In this document: piece by piece, positions 37,494-47,745 of the stretch
How the letters are laid out: the number at the start of each line of letters is the position of its first letter
Numbering within the stretch: position 1 is the first letter of the stretch
Assembly: GCA_019752815.1 (NCBI GenBank)
Contig: JAIELQ010000007.1
Span: 115,728-179,727 of the forward strand
Source: Patescibacteria group bacterium
Lineage (GTDB): Bacteria; Patescibacteriota; Minisyncoccia; Phycocordibacterales; UBA918
DNA: 64,000 bases
Reading direction: 5' to 3'
Notes under the pieces: model-generated
Told to the model about the DNA's origin: nothing
Database searches by the model: none
Seen by the model: the letters and a program-made list of their open reading frames with translations, nothing else
Made by a program: the position numbers and the translations under genes

Positions 37494-39635
37494 GTGAAAT
37501 TCGAAATTTCTACAGACAAAACACCAGCGGGGGATCAGCCTAAGGCTATTGAACAACTGGTGGCGGGGGTGCGGGCTGGGAAAAAACACCAGACTCTTTT
37601 AGGTGTGACTGGGTCAGGCAAGACATTTACTGGGGCCAACGTCATTGTCCAAATCCAAAAACCAACCCTGGTGATTGCTCACAACAAGACCCTCGCTGCT
37701 CAGTTGGCGCAGGAATACCGTGATTTCTTCCCAAACAATGCGGTGCATTACTTTGTATCGTATTACGACTACTACCAACCGGAAGCGTATATGCCAACGT
37801 CTGACACCTTTATTGAAAAGGAATCACAAGTAAACGAAGAAATTGACCGTCTCCGTCACGCTTCAACTCAGGCACTCCTAACCCGACAAGATGTAATCAT
37901 CGTGGCCTCTGTGTCCTGTATATACGGTTTGGGTTCACCAGCACAGTATCTTAAAAAACACCTGCAAATTAAACGTGGGTTTGAAACGACGCGGACTGAA
38001 TTACTGCGTATCTTGATAGATATGTACTTTGAACGTACCAATGCCGATTTACTTCCTGGACATTTCCGTGCAGTAGGAAATACGGTGGAAATCATGCCAA
38101 CAAACGAACGGATGATCTACCGTCTCGGGTTTTCAGGTAATACCGTTTCTTCTATCACAAAAATCGACGGTGTGAGTCGTTCAATAATTGATGAACCAGA
38201 AGTCTTTTTCTTGTTTCCAGCCAAACACTTTGTGACACCTGAAGACGAACGCAAGGTAGCAATTCAGGAAATCCAACTTGACCTCGATGAGCAACTAAAA
38301 AAATTCAAAAAAGAAGGGAAGTTACTTGAAGCTGAACGATTACGTCGTCGCACCAACCACGATCTCGCAATGATGCGTGAGATTGGATATTGTAACGGGA
38401 TTGAAAACTACTCTCGGCATTTTGATAGACGAAAACCAGGTGAAGCACCCTATACGCTGTTGTCATACTTTCCACATAAAGAAGACGGTACGCCAGACTT
38501 TCTCACGATCATTGACGAATCTCACGTTACGCTACCGCAACTAAACGGTATGTATGCGGGTGACCGCAGTCGTAAAGATACGTTGGTGGAATTCGGGTTC
38601 CGGTTGCCTTCAGCTGTAGATAACCGCCCACTTAAATATGCCGAGTTTGACGAGCGAATTGGTCAACGTATCTATACTTCAGCAACACCCGGCCGTTTAG
38701 AATACGAGCTCTGTTGCCCAATGGCCTGTCCACCAATCCAAAAGGCGGGGGAAGTGAAGTCTTTGCGTTCTGATTGGGTAAAAGGTTTTGATTTGAAGGT
38801 CTGTCTCGAACAGGGAAATGTAGTTGAGCAAATTATTCGTCCGACCGGTTTGATTGATCCTGAAATTGATTTGCGCAAGGTAAACCAAATCGGTGACTAT
38901 CCCGGGCAAATCAAGGACTTTATCGCCGAAGCCGAACGCGTGATTAAAGGCGGCGGACGAGTACTCACCACCACTCTCACCAAAAAAATGGCCGAGGACC
39001 TCGCCGAATTTTTGACTGAGAAAAAAATCAATACTAAATACATCCACAGTGATATAAAAACAATTGAACGAATCGAAATCCTTACTGATTTTCGCAAGGG
39101 AAAGTTCGATTGTTTGGTGGGAGTGAACTTGCTCCGTGAAGGACTCGACCTGCCTGAGGTAGAACTAGTGGCCATTTTAGATGCCGACAAAGCCGGCTTC
39201 CTCCGCAGTGAAACTGCTCTTATTCAAACTATTGGTCGCGCCGCTCGTAACGTACTGGGTCGGGTGATTTTGTATGCTGACGAAATGACTGATGCCCTAA
39301 CCTACGCGATTAACGAAACCAATCGCCGTCGCGCAATTCAAGTGGCCTACAATACGAAACATGGCATAACCCCCACCACCATTGCCAAGGAAATTAAGTC
39401 CATCACCGACCAAATGCGTACCGAACACGATGAAACAGTCGAGACGCTACTTAGAGTAGATGTTGAATTGTTCAAACGTAACCCCGCCAAGGTATTAAAG
39501 GAAAAACGTCAGCAGATGGAGGACGCAGTAGCGATTCTTGATTTTGAAACCGCTGCTATCATTCGCGATGAAATCGCCTATTTTGAAGAACAAGCCGGGG
39601 GTACAAAGATCAAGAAAAAGAAAGGATTATTCTAG
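37494..39635 (+). CDS. uvrB: Excinuclease ABC subunit B
   Basis: GVTGSGKT, HNKTLAAQL, YFVSYYDYYQPEAY, DESH, NLLREGLDLPEV, QTIGRAARN, C-terminal UVR domain. Confidence 0.97.
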   Translation: MKFEISTDKTPAGDQPKAIEQLVAGVRAGKKHQTLLGVTGSGKTFTGANVIVQIQKPTLVIAHNKTLAAQLAQEYRDFFPNNAVHYFVSYYDYYQPEAYMPTSDTFIEKESQVNEEIDRLRHASTQALLTRQDVIIVASVSCIYGLGSPAQYLKKHLQIKRGFETTRTELLRILIDMYFERTNADLLPGHFRAVGNTVEIMPTNERMIYRLGFSGNTVSSITKIDGVSRSIIDEPEVFFLFPAKHFVTPEDERKVAIQEIQLDLDEQLKKFKKEGKLLEAERLRRRTNHDLAMMREIGYCNGIENYSRHFDRRKPGEAPYTLLSYFPHKEDGTPDFLTIIDESHVTLPQLNGMYAGDRSRKDTLVEFGFRLPSAVDNRPLKYAEFDERIGQRIYTSATPGRLEYELCCPMACPPIQKAGEVKSLRSDWVKGFDLKVCLEQGNVVEQIIRPTGLIDPEIDLRKVNQIGDYPGQIKDFIAEAERVIKGGGRVLTTTLTKKMAEDLAEFLTEKKINTKYIHSDIKTIERIEILTDFRKGKFDCLVGVNLLREGLDLPEVELVAILDADKAGFLRSETALIQTIGRAARNVLGRVILYADEMTDALTYAINETNRRRAIQVAYNTKHGITPTTIAKEIKSITDQMRTEHDETVETLLRVDVELFKRNPAKVLKEKRQQMEDAVAILDFETAAIIRDEIAYFEEQAGGTKIKKKKGLF

Positions 39636-39651
39636 TTATCAAATTTTATGT

Positions 39652-39966
39652 ATGACATGCCAATACACACTACACTTTTCAGAAAACGGTAAAGTATGGT
39701 TTAGATGTCATGGAATCGATGTAAAGCAGCTAAAAGATGAGTTCTTTGCACTAGGTCATAAATATAATTTTGCTTACATCACAAAATTCAATGATGACAA
39801 AATCTTACATAAGTTTGATGCTGAAGGTAACCGATTTTCAAACACGTTAAGAAAAAAACGGAAAAATAATCCTGATTCATATAGTCATCCTATCGGAAAA
39901 GATTCTTCCGGAAAAATGCATTTTAGAACAAAAATGAGAATTGCTCCAAAAAAGAAGTTAAGGTGA
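39652..39966 (+). CDS. Hypothetical basic protein (AT-rich orphan)
   Basis: In-frame ATG at 39652 after the uvrB stop; the upstream part of the listed ORF overlaps uvrB. Confidence 0.5.
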   Translation: MTCQYTLHFSENGKVWFRCHGIDVKQLKDEFFALGHKYNFAYITKFNDDKILHKFDAEGNRFSNTLRKKRKNNPDSYSHPIGKDSSGKMHFRTKMRIAPKKKLR

Positions 39967-40033
39967 ATATCTCTAAATTATCAGCAAGATATATAAGTAT
40001 GAAGTTCAAATCAATAATGATAATATTGTAAAT

Positions 40034-40210
40034 ATGGAAACGACAACAGTGATGTTTTGGGCATTTGTATTAGTTCTTGGGCTCACCTTGTTATCATCAT
40101 TTTCAGACTCAGGTAAAAGTGCATCAAAAGGTTGTGCTAAAGATGATTTTGAATGTCAGTACTATAACAATGAATTGGATCAACGTGATCCACAAGTTTG
40201 GGGAAGGTAA
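40034..40210 (+). CDS. Small membrane-anchored or secreted peptide, 58 aa (not in the ORF track)
   Basis: METTTVMFWAFVLVLGLTLLSSFSDSGKSASKGCAKDDFECQYYNNELDQRDPQVWGR*: hydrophobic N-terminus and a Cys pair. Confidence 0.5.
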   Translation: METTTVMFWAFVLVLGLTLLSSFSDSGKSASKGCAKDDFECQYYNNELDQRDPQVWGR

Positions 40211-40299
40211 TCTTGAAACTTCCTGAATATTATATCCTCTGTTATAATTATCACTACCAACCACCAGCGACATCTGGTGGCGTAACTATGTTATAGACT

Positions 40300-42954
40300 A
40301 TGGCAAAAATCCCCGAAAAAAAGTTAAATACTGATAAAACGCAAGCTAAAACCTCTGAACGGGAGAACAAGATTATTGTGCGTGGTGCGCGAACCCACAA
40401 CCTCAAAAACATCACGGTTGAAATGCCGCGGGGGAAAATGATTGCCATTACCGGACCATCTGGGTCTGGCAAGTCGTCGCTCGCGTTTGATACTATTTTT
40501 GCTGAGGGGCAACGACGCTATGTTGAATCACTCTCACCCTATGCGCGCCAATTTCTTAATAAAATGCAGAAACCAGACGTGGACGAAATTAGTGGTCTCT
40601 CACCAGCCATTTCGATTGACCAAAAATCTGCCTCCCGTAACCCACGTTCAACGGTAGCTACTATCACCGAAATCTACGACTATCTCCGTATTTTATATGC
40701 TCGGGTTGGTCAGCCATACTGTCTCGATATCGACATCCCCATTCAAAAGCTCTCCCAAGATGAAATTCTCGGCATTATCCTAAAATCAATCGAGAGTAAA
40801 GAGGTAGTAGCCGCTACCAAAAAAGAATCAGAAAAAGTTCTTGGCATCCAGGTGAGCAAGGGCCGCGTATCAATCTTTGCCCCAGTGGTAGTAGGACGAA
40901 AAGGCGAATACTACCAATTACTCTATGACCTACTCGGTAAAGGGTTCGAAACCGTTAAAATTGACGGTGAGATTAAACAGCTCCGTGAAAAAATTGTACT
41001 CACCAAAACTAAACGTCATGATATCGACGTCTTGGTGGATGAAATCTACGTTTCTGAATTTACCGACGACCCCAAAGGTTCACATGAACGATTATCTGAA
41101 GCAGTGGAAGTCGCTCTGTCAGTTGCCGGTGGGTTGGTTAAAATCGAAAGTCCGGGCGGGGAAGTCCGCACGCTGTCCGCTAAATTTATCTGTCCGGTAG
41201 ATGGCTCATCATTTCCTGAGGTTGAACCACGGTTATTTTCTTTTAACTCTCCGTATGGTGCTTGTCCTGAATGTAATGGTCTTGGGGTGGTGGGTATTTT
41301 CCAATCAGACACCTGTCCGGTATGTACGGGTGCGCGGTTACGCCCAGAGGCACTACGAGTGTACTTAGGTGGAGATGGGAAAAAGGACCTCGGTATCAAT
41401 ATTGTCGGCTTTACTGCTATGACGGTAAAAGACGCCACCAAGTTTATTGATGAACTACAACTGAGTCCAAAACAACACGAAATCGCCTGGCCGGCGTTGC
41501 GCGAGATTATTGATCGCTTGGAATTTATGAATAACGTCGGTATTGAATACCTGACGCTTGATCGCCGAGCCAACACCCTCTCGGGTGGCGAGGCCCAACG
41601 TATTCGTCTGGCGTCACAACTAGGTTCGGGACTTGTGGGAGCACTCTATGTGCTTGATGAACCAACCATTGGTCTCCATCAACGTGATAACGACCGTTTG
41701 ATTGGAACCCTCTCTGAACTACGTGATTTAGGCAATACTATAATTGTCGTTGAGCATGATGAAGACACAATTTACGCGGCTGACTATTTGGTAGATATTG
41801 GACCGGGAGCTGGAATCCACGGTGGTAATGTAGTGGTCTCAGGGTACCTGGAGGAACTATTGTCCGCCAAAACGAATCCGTCTGGATCAGTAACCCTTGA
41901 TTACCTGCGTGGTACCAAGAAAATTGCCGTGCCTGAACGACGTACCGGTGAAAAGGGTCATATCCGTATCAAAGGAGGTAAAGCCTTTAACATCAAAAAC
42001 CTCAACGTCGATATTCCTTTAGGTCGTTTGATTTGTATCACTGGTGTATCTGGTTCTGGTAAATCTACCTTCATGTATGAAATTGTTGACCGTAATCTTA
42101 AGGGGCGGTTAGAGAAAAAATTCCGCACCGCCAAAACCTACAACTGTGCTGAGTTCACGGGTACCGAATATCTCGGTCGTTCAATTCTGATTGATCAGTC
42201 ACCAATCGGCAGAACTCCGCGCAGTAACCCCGCAACGTACACCGGGGCCTTCTCTCATATTCGTGACATGTTCGCCAATAGTAGTGAAGCCAAAGCCCGC
42301 GGGTGGAAACCAGGCCGGTTTTCTTTTAACGTCAAAGGAGGTCGGTGTGAAGCCTGTCAGGGGAACGGCGTGATTGCGGTCGAAATGCACTTCTTACCAA
42401 CGGTGTTTGTGGAGTGTGATGTCTGTGAGGGTAAACGCTTCACCAAAGAAACCCTTGAGGTCACCTACCGCAAAAAGAATATCCATGAAGTACTTGAAAT
42501 GACAATCGAAGAAGCATTTGTTTTCTTTAAAGACGTACCTGCCATCGAAGAACGTCTCAAATCACTTCTTGATGTAGGTCTCTCGTATCTCAAATTGGGA
42601 CAAAGTGCTACTACCTTGTCAGGTGGAGAGGCCCAGCGGGTTAAAATTGCGTCAGAGTTGTACCGTCCACACACGCAAAAAACTATCTACCTCCTTGATG
42701 AACCGACGATCGGTCTACACTACGAAGACGTTAAAAAACTGATTGAAATTCTGCAAGAGTTAGTTAATCAGGGTAACACCGTGATGGTAATTGAACACAG
42801 TCTCGATGTGATTAAATCAGCTGACTACGTAATTGATATCGGCCCCGAGGGTGGAGCCGGTGGTGGAACAATCGTCGCCAAAGGCACTCCCGAGGAAGTG
42901 GCCGAGAATCCCAAGTCTCACACTGGGAAGTATCTTAAAATGCATTTGTGGTAA
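40300..42954 (+). CDS. uvrA: Excinuclease ABC subunit A (short form)
   Basis: GARTHNLK, two Walker A motifs ([18 protein letters not shown]), two LSGGEAQR signatures, Zn modules. Confidence 0.97.
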   Translation: MAKIPEKKLNTDKTQAKTSERENKIIVRGARTHNLKNITVEMPRGKMIAITGPSGSGKSSLAFDTIFAEGQRRYVESLSPYARQFLNKMQKPDVDEISGLSPAISIDQKSASRNPRSTVATITEIYDYLRILYARVGQPYCLDIDIPIQKLSQDEILGIILKSIESKEVVAATKKESEKVLGIQVSKGRVSIFAPVVVGRKGEYYQLLYDLLGKGFETVKIDGEIKQLREKIVLTKTKRHDIDVLVDEIYVSEFTDDPKGSHERLSEAVEVALSVAGGLVKIESPGGEVRTLSAKFICPVDGSSFPEVEPRLFSFNSPYGACPECNGLGVVGIFQSDTCPVCTGARLRPEALRVYLGGDGKKDLGINIVGFTAMTVKDATKFIDELQLSPKQHEIAWPALREIIDRLEFMNNVGIEYLTLDRRANTLSGGEAQRIRLASQLGSGLVGALYVLDEPTIGLHQRDNDRLIGTLSELRDLGNTIIVVEHDEDTIYAADYLVDIGPGAGIHGGNVVVSGYLEELLSAKTNPSGSVTLDYLRGTKKIAVPERRTGEKGHIRIKGGKAFNIKNLNVDIPLGRLICITGVSGSGKSTFMYEIVDRNLKGRLEKKFRTAKTYNCAEFTGTEYLGRSILIDQSPIGRTPRSNPATYTGAFSHIRDMFANSSEAKARGWKPGRFSFNVKGGRCEACQGNGVIAVEMHFLPTVFVECDVCEGKRFTKETLEVTYRKKNIHEVLEMTIEEAFVFFKDVPAIEERLKSLLDVGLSYLKLGQSATTLSGGEAQRVKIASELYRPHTQKTIYLLDEPTIGLHYEDVKKLIEILQELVNQGNTVMVIEHSLDVIKSADYVIDIGPEGGAGGGTIVAKGTPEEVAENPKSHTGKYLKMHLW

Positions 42955-42956
42955 AA

Positions 42957-42982
42957 AATCAGCAGGCGCGAGCCTGCTGATT
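42957..42982. terminator. Bidirectional terminator between convergent genes
   Basis: AATCAGCAGGC-GCGA-GCCTGCTGATT. Confidence 0.7.
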
Positions 42983-42985
42983 GCG

Positions 42986-43306
42986 TTAAATGTTCTTTAT
43001 GTATTGGTCGCAGAATTTTACGTATGAGGAATACGCCTCTTGGGTATGTAGTAGGGAATTCCAGCGTGGGTCAGTTACACCGCATGCATAATACTCGGGG
43101 AGCGTGTCGTCATGAACCGGTGGTTCACCATACACTGCCTGAAATATCATCAGCCATACGACGCTATCGTGCGCACGGTTGTAGTTTTCATCAAGGGTTC
43201 TTTTCCTAAAGTCTTGAGTTGCGTGCATTGCTGCAAAGACAGGAAAAAAATTTTCATCAGCTTGGTCGCTTGAGATCCTAGATTCTTTCATCGGTCTGTC
43301 CTTCAT
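42986..43306 (-). CDS. Hypothetical protein (orphan)
   Basis: 106-aa ORF ending at the terminator hairpin. Confidence 0.55.
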   Translation of the reverse strand: MKDRPMKESRISSDQADENFFPVFAAMHATQDFRKRTLDENYNRAHDSVVWLMIFQAVYGEPPVHDDTLPEYYACGVTDPRWNSLLHTQEAYSSYVKFCDQYIKNI

Positions 43307-43449
43307 CAGAGCTTTCTAAAAAATAATGGTAACATAATTTTAATTATTTTTTACTACCCACAGATTTGGGGATCAAGTGTTGTGAACTTGCACCACACAT
43401 TGCAAAGGTGTAAGGTACAGATTAGAACAGTAGCAGCGAGGGAAAGAAA

Positions 43450-43740
43450 ATGAAAGTTCATCGACCATCTCTGGGACGACCTACACGCGGACTCACATTG
43501 TCTCAACTGTACGCTCGGCCTGGTAAAGGTAATTCACTCACCTGTTTCGCGGTATTTGCTCTGTATGACTGGCGTGAAAATATTCCACCCATACCAAGCA
43601 AAATGAGTCGTGGTGACAGGCGCGAACTGATCTTTCATCTGGCTAGGTGTGTTCACCTCGATGTGCTCGATATGATGGCCGTGATCCTGCTCAAGTTGCG
43701 TGAAGAGCGAGCAAAGGACGCCAAAAGACGCACTGCATAA
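43450..43740 (+). CDS. Hypothetical protein (orphan)
   Basis: 96-aa ORF with GAGGG SD-like sequence and a hairpin at 43746-43777. Confidence 0.55.
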   Translation: MKVHRPSLGRPTRGLTLSQLYARPGKGNSLTCFAVFALYDWRENIPPIPSKMSRGDRRELIFHLARCVHLDVLDMMAVILLKLREERAKDAKRRTA

Positions 43741-43808
43741 CACACAGCCGCCCCGTCATGATTCGCTGGGGCGGTTTCTACATTTTATGCTACAGTTGGT
43801 ACGCCAAT

Positions 43809-45044
43809 ATGGAAAAGGAAAAACTTTCAAAACTTAAACTACCAGACGCACCCGGAGTGTATTTCTTTTTGGGTGCTCGTAAGGAAATTTTATATATCGG
43901 AAAAGCCACCTCACTACGAAGTCGTGTACGGAGTTATTTTGCAAATGATATTGTTGAAAAACGTTCACCACTTATCGAGCAAATGGTGGCACTCGCCAAA
44001 ACGGTTGAACACACCGTGACCGACAGTGTGCTCGAGGCCCTGATTCTCGAAACTAATCTCATTCGTAGTCACAAGCCAAAATACAACACCAAGAGCAAAG
44101 ACGACAAATCATATAATCACCTGATTATTACCAACGAAGAGTGGCCACGAGTCTTGGTAGTACGGGGTAAAGACTTAACCGAAAAATACAGTAGTGAAGA
44201 AATCAAATACCATTTTGGACCATTTCCCTCTGGCTCACTATTCCGTGAAGCCATCAAAATCGTCCGTAAACTCTTCCAATTTTACGACACCAAAGAGGCG
44301 GTAGATGCGCCGTTATCAAAATTTGCGCGCGGTAAAATTGACTTCAATCGTCAAATTGGTCTGTATCCTGATCAGCAAAACCGGGCTGAATATTTGCGTA
44401 CCATCCGTCACATCAAACTATTTTTTGAAGGTAAAAAGCATAAAATTCTCGCTGAACTAGAGCGTGAGATGATGAAACATGCAAAACTCGAACAGTTTGA
44501 AGAAGCTGGTCGACTCAAAAAGAAAATCTTTGCTCTTAATCATATTCAAGACATAGCTCTGATCAAAACTGAACATCACGTCTACCGTGACGAAAAATCA
44601 GTCCGCATCGAAGCCTACGACATTGCCCATATGGCTGGTAAAGACATGGTGGGAGTAATGACGGTCGTTGAAAGCGGGGAAGCGAATAAAAACGAATACC
44701 GCAAATTTAAAATCAAAACCTTAACTGATGCGAATGACCCGGCCGCCTTGCGCGAGGTCTTGCGTCGTCGTCTCGAACACACCGAATGGCCCTATCCGCA
44801 GATAATTGTAGCTGACGGTAACATTATTCAAAAAAACGCTATCGAAGGCGTGCTCAAAGAATTTAATATGTCGATTCCCGTAGTAGCGGTAGTAAAAGAC
44901 GAACGCCACAAAGCCAGCCGTCTGATGGGTCCAGAAATGCTCCTCAAACAACACAAACTCGAAGTCCTTCTCGCCAACTCCGAGGCCCACCGTTTCGCTA
45001 TCAACTACTTCCGTAAAGCCCAACGAACCAGGGCTCTCCAGTAA
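43809..45044 (+). CDS. uvrC: UvrC-like excinuclease (GIY-YIG, UVR and RNase H-like domains; no C-terminal HhH2)
   Basis: 'PDAPGVY...LYIGKATSLRSRVRSYF', 'EALILE..LI..HKPKYN', 'RIEAYDIAH..G...VG.M', 'DG', 'EAHRFAI.Y.RK'. Confidence 0.9.
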   Translation: MEKEKLSKLKLPDAPGVYFFLGARKEILYIGKATSLRSRVRSYFANDIVEKRSPLIEQMVALAKTVEHTVTDSVLEALILETNLIRSHKPKYNTKSKDDKSYNHLIITNEEWPRVLVVRGKDLTEKYSSEEIKYHFGPFPSGSLFREAIKIVRKLFQFYDTKEAVDAPLSKFARGKIDFNRQIGLYPDQQNRAEYLRTIRHIKLFFEGKKHKILAELEREMMKHAKLEQFEEAGRLKKKIFALNHIQDIALIKTEHHVYRDEKSVRIEAYDIAHMAGKDMVGVMTVVESGEANKNEYRKFKIKTLTDANDPAALREVLRRRLEHTEWPYPQIIVADGNIIQKNAIEGVLKEFNMSIPVVAVVKDERHKASRLMGPEMLLKQHKLEVLLANSEAHRFAINYFRKAQRTRALQ

Positions 45045-45063
45045 ACGACGGTAGTGAATATTA

Positions 45064-45092
45064 TTGACAAAACATAATTTATGTAATATAAT
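45064..45092 (+). promoter_or_regulatory. Consensus sigma70 promoter
   Basis: TTGACA (45064) - 17 nt - TATAAT (45087). Confidence 0.8.
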
Positions 45093-45158
45093 AGAAATGA
45101 TGCTAATTGCGTCCCTATGGGTATAAACCCGTAGGTCACTCCTAATTGGAGAAGTCGA

Positions 45159-45515
45159 ATGTACACGTTGAAAATCCCGGCGTCCCAGCTGCAAGCCATC
45201 CGCGAAACCGACAGGATGGTGTCTGAGGTAGTGAGACGGACAGGTGAAGATCTGTCCCCGCTCTTGCATGTTTCGGTTTCAATTGGTGTCTTGACTTCTG
45301 CCTTTGGTACTCCTTGTTGTATCATAAAAACATCAGGGGCGGTAGCCACCGGCAGAGTTCTCATTGATACCAAATCGGTAATCGAATTGAAAAAAGAGCA
45401 TGAAATCTGGTTGCCGTTAAATGGAAACCTGCTGCTTGGCAATGAACATTTCACCTTTAGCTACAGAGGGGATGTGATGTACATGATTCGTACCTTGGAG
45501 CAATTCCCCAGCTAG
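45159..45515 (+). CDS. Hypothetical protein (orphan)
   Basis: 118-aa ORF with consensus promoter, GGAG SD and terminator GCCGCCTTCA-TCAT-TGAAGGCGGC (45540-45563). Confidence 0.7.
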   Translation: MYTLKIPASQLQAIRETDRMVSEVVRRTGEDLSPLLHVSVSIGVLTSAFGTPCCIIKTSGAVATGRVLIDTKSVIELKKEHEIWLPLNGNLLLGNEHFTFSYRGDVMYMIRTLEQFPS

Positions 45516-45657
45516 CAAGGGATATAAAGATATAAGAGGGCCGCCTTCATCATTGAAGGCGGCTTGTTTTTTATATACTCTAAATTGTGTACAACTATTG
45601 ATATGCACCGGTTTAAAACTTATAACAATCTCATTGGTACTATGATAAAATTGAGAC

Positions 45658-46629
45658 ATGTTAGCGACCCGGGTTGCAGTTGTCCGTGGAGGACCTAGTT
45701 CAGAATATGAAGTGTCGATGTCTACCGGCACTGGGGTAATTGATGCGCTTAAAAAACTCGGCTACACCGTGTCCGATATTACCGTGTCTAAAAAAGGGGA
45801 GTGGCTCGTCAATGGATTGGTTAAAAAACCAGAACAGGCTCTTATGACTACGGACGTCGTATTTATAGCGATGCACGGCGCATATGGAGAAGACGGAACG
45901 GTGCAACGTATCTGTGAACGCCTGCATATCCCATTTACCGGCAGTAACTCATTCCCATCAAGTCTTGCGTTCAACAAAGACAACACCAAACGCGCCTTAC
46001 TTCCGCACAATATCAAGACTCCTAAACACGTCAAAATCACCGACAAAATGATTGATGATATTGAGGGGTTAACCTATCTGATTAAAAACTCATTTGGTCC
46101 TGAATATGTACTCAAACCAATCAGTAGTGGTTCATCACATGGCATTATCATGGTAGATGGCAGTAGTGCACTCGGCAATGCCATAGCCCAGATGGCGGAA
46201 ACAGACGGTGAGTTCATGATCGAAGAACGTATTCGTGGACGTGAAGCCACCTGTGCCTTACTGGAAAATTTCCGAGACCAGGCACTCTATGTACTGCCCG
46301 CAATTGAAATTATCCCACCCGACACTCACGACTTTTTTGCCGCTGATGTGAAATACAACGGTGCCACTACCGAATTGGTGCCGGGCCGATTTTCATTCAC
46401 TGAAAAATCAGCTATCGCCGACGTCGCGTCGATTGTACATACCGTTCTTGGGTTAACCCAGTACTCCCGGTCTGATTTTATGATTCGTGACGGGGAAGTA
46501 TTCTTCCTCGAAGTGAACACCTTACCGGGTCTCACCCCCCAGTCACTGTTTCCAAAAGCGGCCGAAGCAGTCGGTCTGTCATTCAACGGTTTAATCGATC
46601 ATCTCGTTAAAACAGCTCGTGTCTATTAA
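45658..46629 (+). CDS. ddl: D-alanine--D-alanine ligase
   Basis: GGPSSEYEVS, HGAYGEDG.VQ, KP..SGSS.G, EERI.GRE, RSDF, LEVNTLPG.T..SL.P. Confidence 0.95.
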   Translation: MLATRVAVVRGGPSSEYEVSMSTGTGVIDALKKLGYTVSDITVSKKGEWLVNGLVKKPEQALMTTDVVFIAMHGAYGEDGTVQRICERLHIPFTGSNSFPSSLAFNKDNTKRALLPHNIKTPKHVKITDKMIDDIEGLTYLIKNSFGPEYVLKPISSGSSHGIIMVDGSSALGNAIAQMAETDGEFMIEERIRGREATCALLENFRDQALYVLPAIEIIPPDTHDFFAADVKYNGATTELVPGRFSFTEKSAIADVASIVHTVLGLTQYSRSDFMIRDGEVFFLEVNTLPGLTPQSLFPKAAEAVGLSFNGLIDHLVKTARVY

Positions 46630-46632
46630 TCT

Positions 46633-46965
46633 ATGAGTAAATCACTTACGAAACGAAAACTAGCCACTAAACTAAAATCCCTGCACCCTGATTGGGAATT
46701 ATCAAAAGCTGGTACCAGTATCTCGCGGAAATACTTATTCCCGAGCTACATGCGTGGGTTTATGTTTGTCACAAAAGTTTCAGTGCATTCAGAAGTATCA
46801 AACCATCACCCGGAGGTACATCTAACATACAATTACGTAAAAATTACCCTCACGACCCATGATGCCAAATCAGTGACATTAGCTGATTTTGAGTTGGCTG
46901 CAAAATTTGACGACCTCTATACATTATCCACCGCCATTCCAATTAGACCTCACAATCACTATTAA
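46633..46965 (+). CDS. phhB: Pterin-4-alpha-carbinolamine dehydratase
   Basis: 'SEVSNHHPEV.L.YN.V.I.LTTHDA..VT.AD..LA'. Confidence 0.88.
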   Translation: MSKSLTKRKLATKLKSLHPDWELSKAGTSISRKYLFPSYMRGFMFVTKVSVHSEVSNHHPEVHLTYNYVKITLTTHDAKSVTLADFELAAKFDDLYTLSTAIPIRPHNHY

Positions 46966-46987
46966 TCTGCCGTATAATTATTTGTAT

Positions 46988-47602
46988 ATGAATCTAAACA
47001 TCGAAGGTACCAAACACGAAAAAGCTGTATTAGTAATATTGTCGTACGTTGTAGGATTTACCGCTGGATTTATTGTTTTTGGCGTGACGCAATCATCGCC
47101 ACTAGAATCTGCACCGATTATTAACGTCACAGAAGCACCGGCCGCCGAAATGGTTACAGGAGTTCCTGAAGTGTCAACCACAGAAACGCCTGAACTCGAA
47201 ACGTCAGATATGTCACAACAAGTGATGTACACAGGCGGTCGCTTGATGGCCAATAGCAATGGCGCCAGCGTGCTCCTCTCAGCTCAAATTCAAACTGTTG
47301 ATCCAGAAACTGCCAAAGACCTCGCGAGTCAGGGTGTGCACGAATCTCTTCCGCAATACCTAGCCTCAGACGATGGTAATTTCATTTACTACTGTGAACA
47401 ACACTCTGGTGAAGATACCTGTGTCAATTTCATCTACCAAGTCAGTGATCAATCAATCAAGTACGTAACGGCTGATGGAGTAAAACTTCGTTCAACACCA
47501 ATGGATGCCAAAGCAGCCTATTGGGAGGGAGCAACCCTAGTCATCGGTGCAAATCGCTCAATGACCCCAGACACCCCCTGGAAACTCAGTAGCGCCCAAT
47601 AA
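46988..47602 (+). CDS. Hypothetical membrane-anchored protein
   Basis: ATG 46988 after TATAAT, N-terminal TM 'AVLVILSYVVGFTAGFIVFG'. Confidence 0.7.
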   Translation: MNLNIEGTKHEKAVLVILSYVVGFTAGFIVFGVTQSSPLESAPIINVTEAPAAEMVTGVPEVSTTETPELETSDMSQQVMYTGGRLMANSNGASVLLSAQIQTVDPETAKDLASQGVHESLPQYLASDDGNFIYYCEQHSGEDTCVNFIYQVSDQSIKYVTADGVKLRSTPMDAKAAYWEGATLVIGANRSMTPDTPWKLSSAQ

Positions 47603-47608
47603 GTCACC

Positions 47609-47637
47609 TTGACTTAAACCCTGTTAATGAGTAATAT
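47609..47637 (+). promoter_or_regulatory. Probable sigma70 promoter of tRNA-Ala
   Basis: TTGACT - 17 nt - TAATAT. Confidence 0.6.
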
Positions 47638-47672
47638 ACTTGTCACATTTGCCCAGGCAGATATGACAACAA

Positions 47673-47745
47673 GGGCCCGTAGCTCACTTGGTAGAGCGCC
47701 TCATTTGCACTGAGGAGGCAGGGAGTTCGAATCTTCTCGGGTCCA
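47673..47745 (+). tRNA. tRNA-Ala (anticodon TGC); CCA not encoded
   Basis: Acceptor GGGCCCG/CGGGTCC with the G3-U70 Ala determinant, D-arm GCTC/GAGC, anticodon arm CCTCA-TTTGCAC-TGAGG, T-loop TTCGAAT. Confidence 0.96.

Noticed and set aside
40211-40299. LexA/SOS box upstream of uvrA
   Set aside because: Only a short hairpin (CCACCAG/CTGGTGG) is visible; it matches no LexA consensus I can support and is not repeated before uvrB or uvrC.
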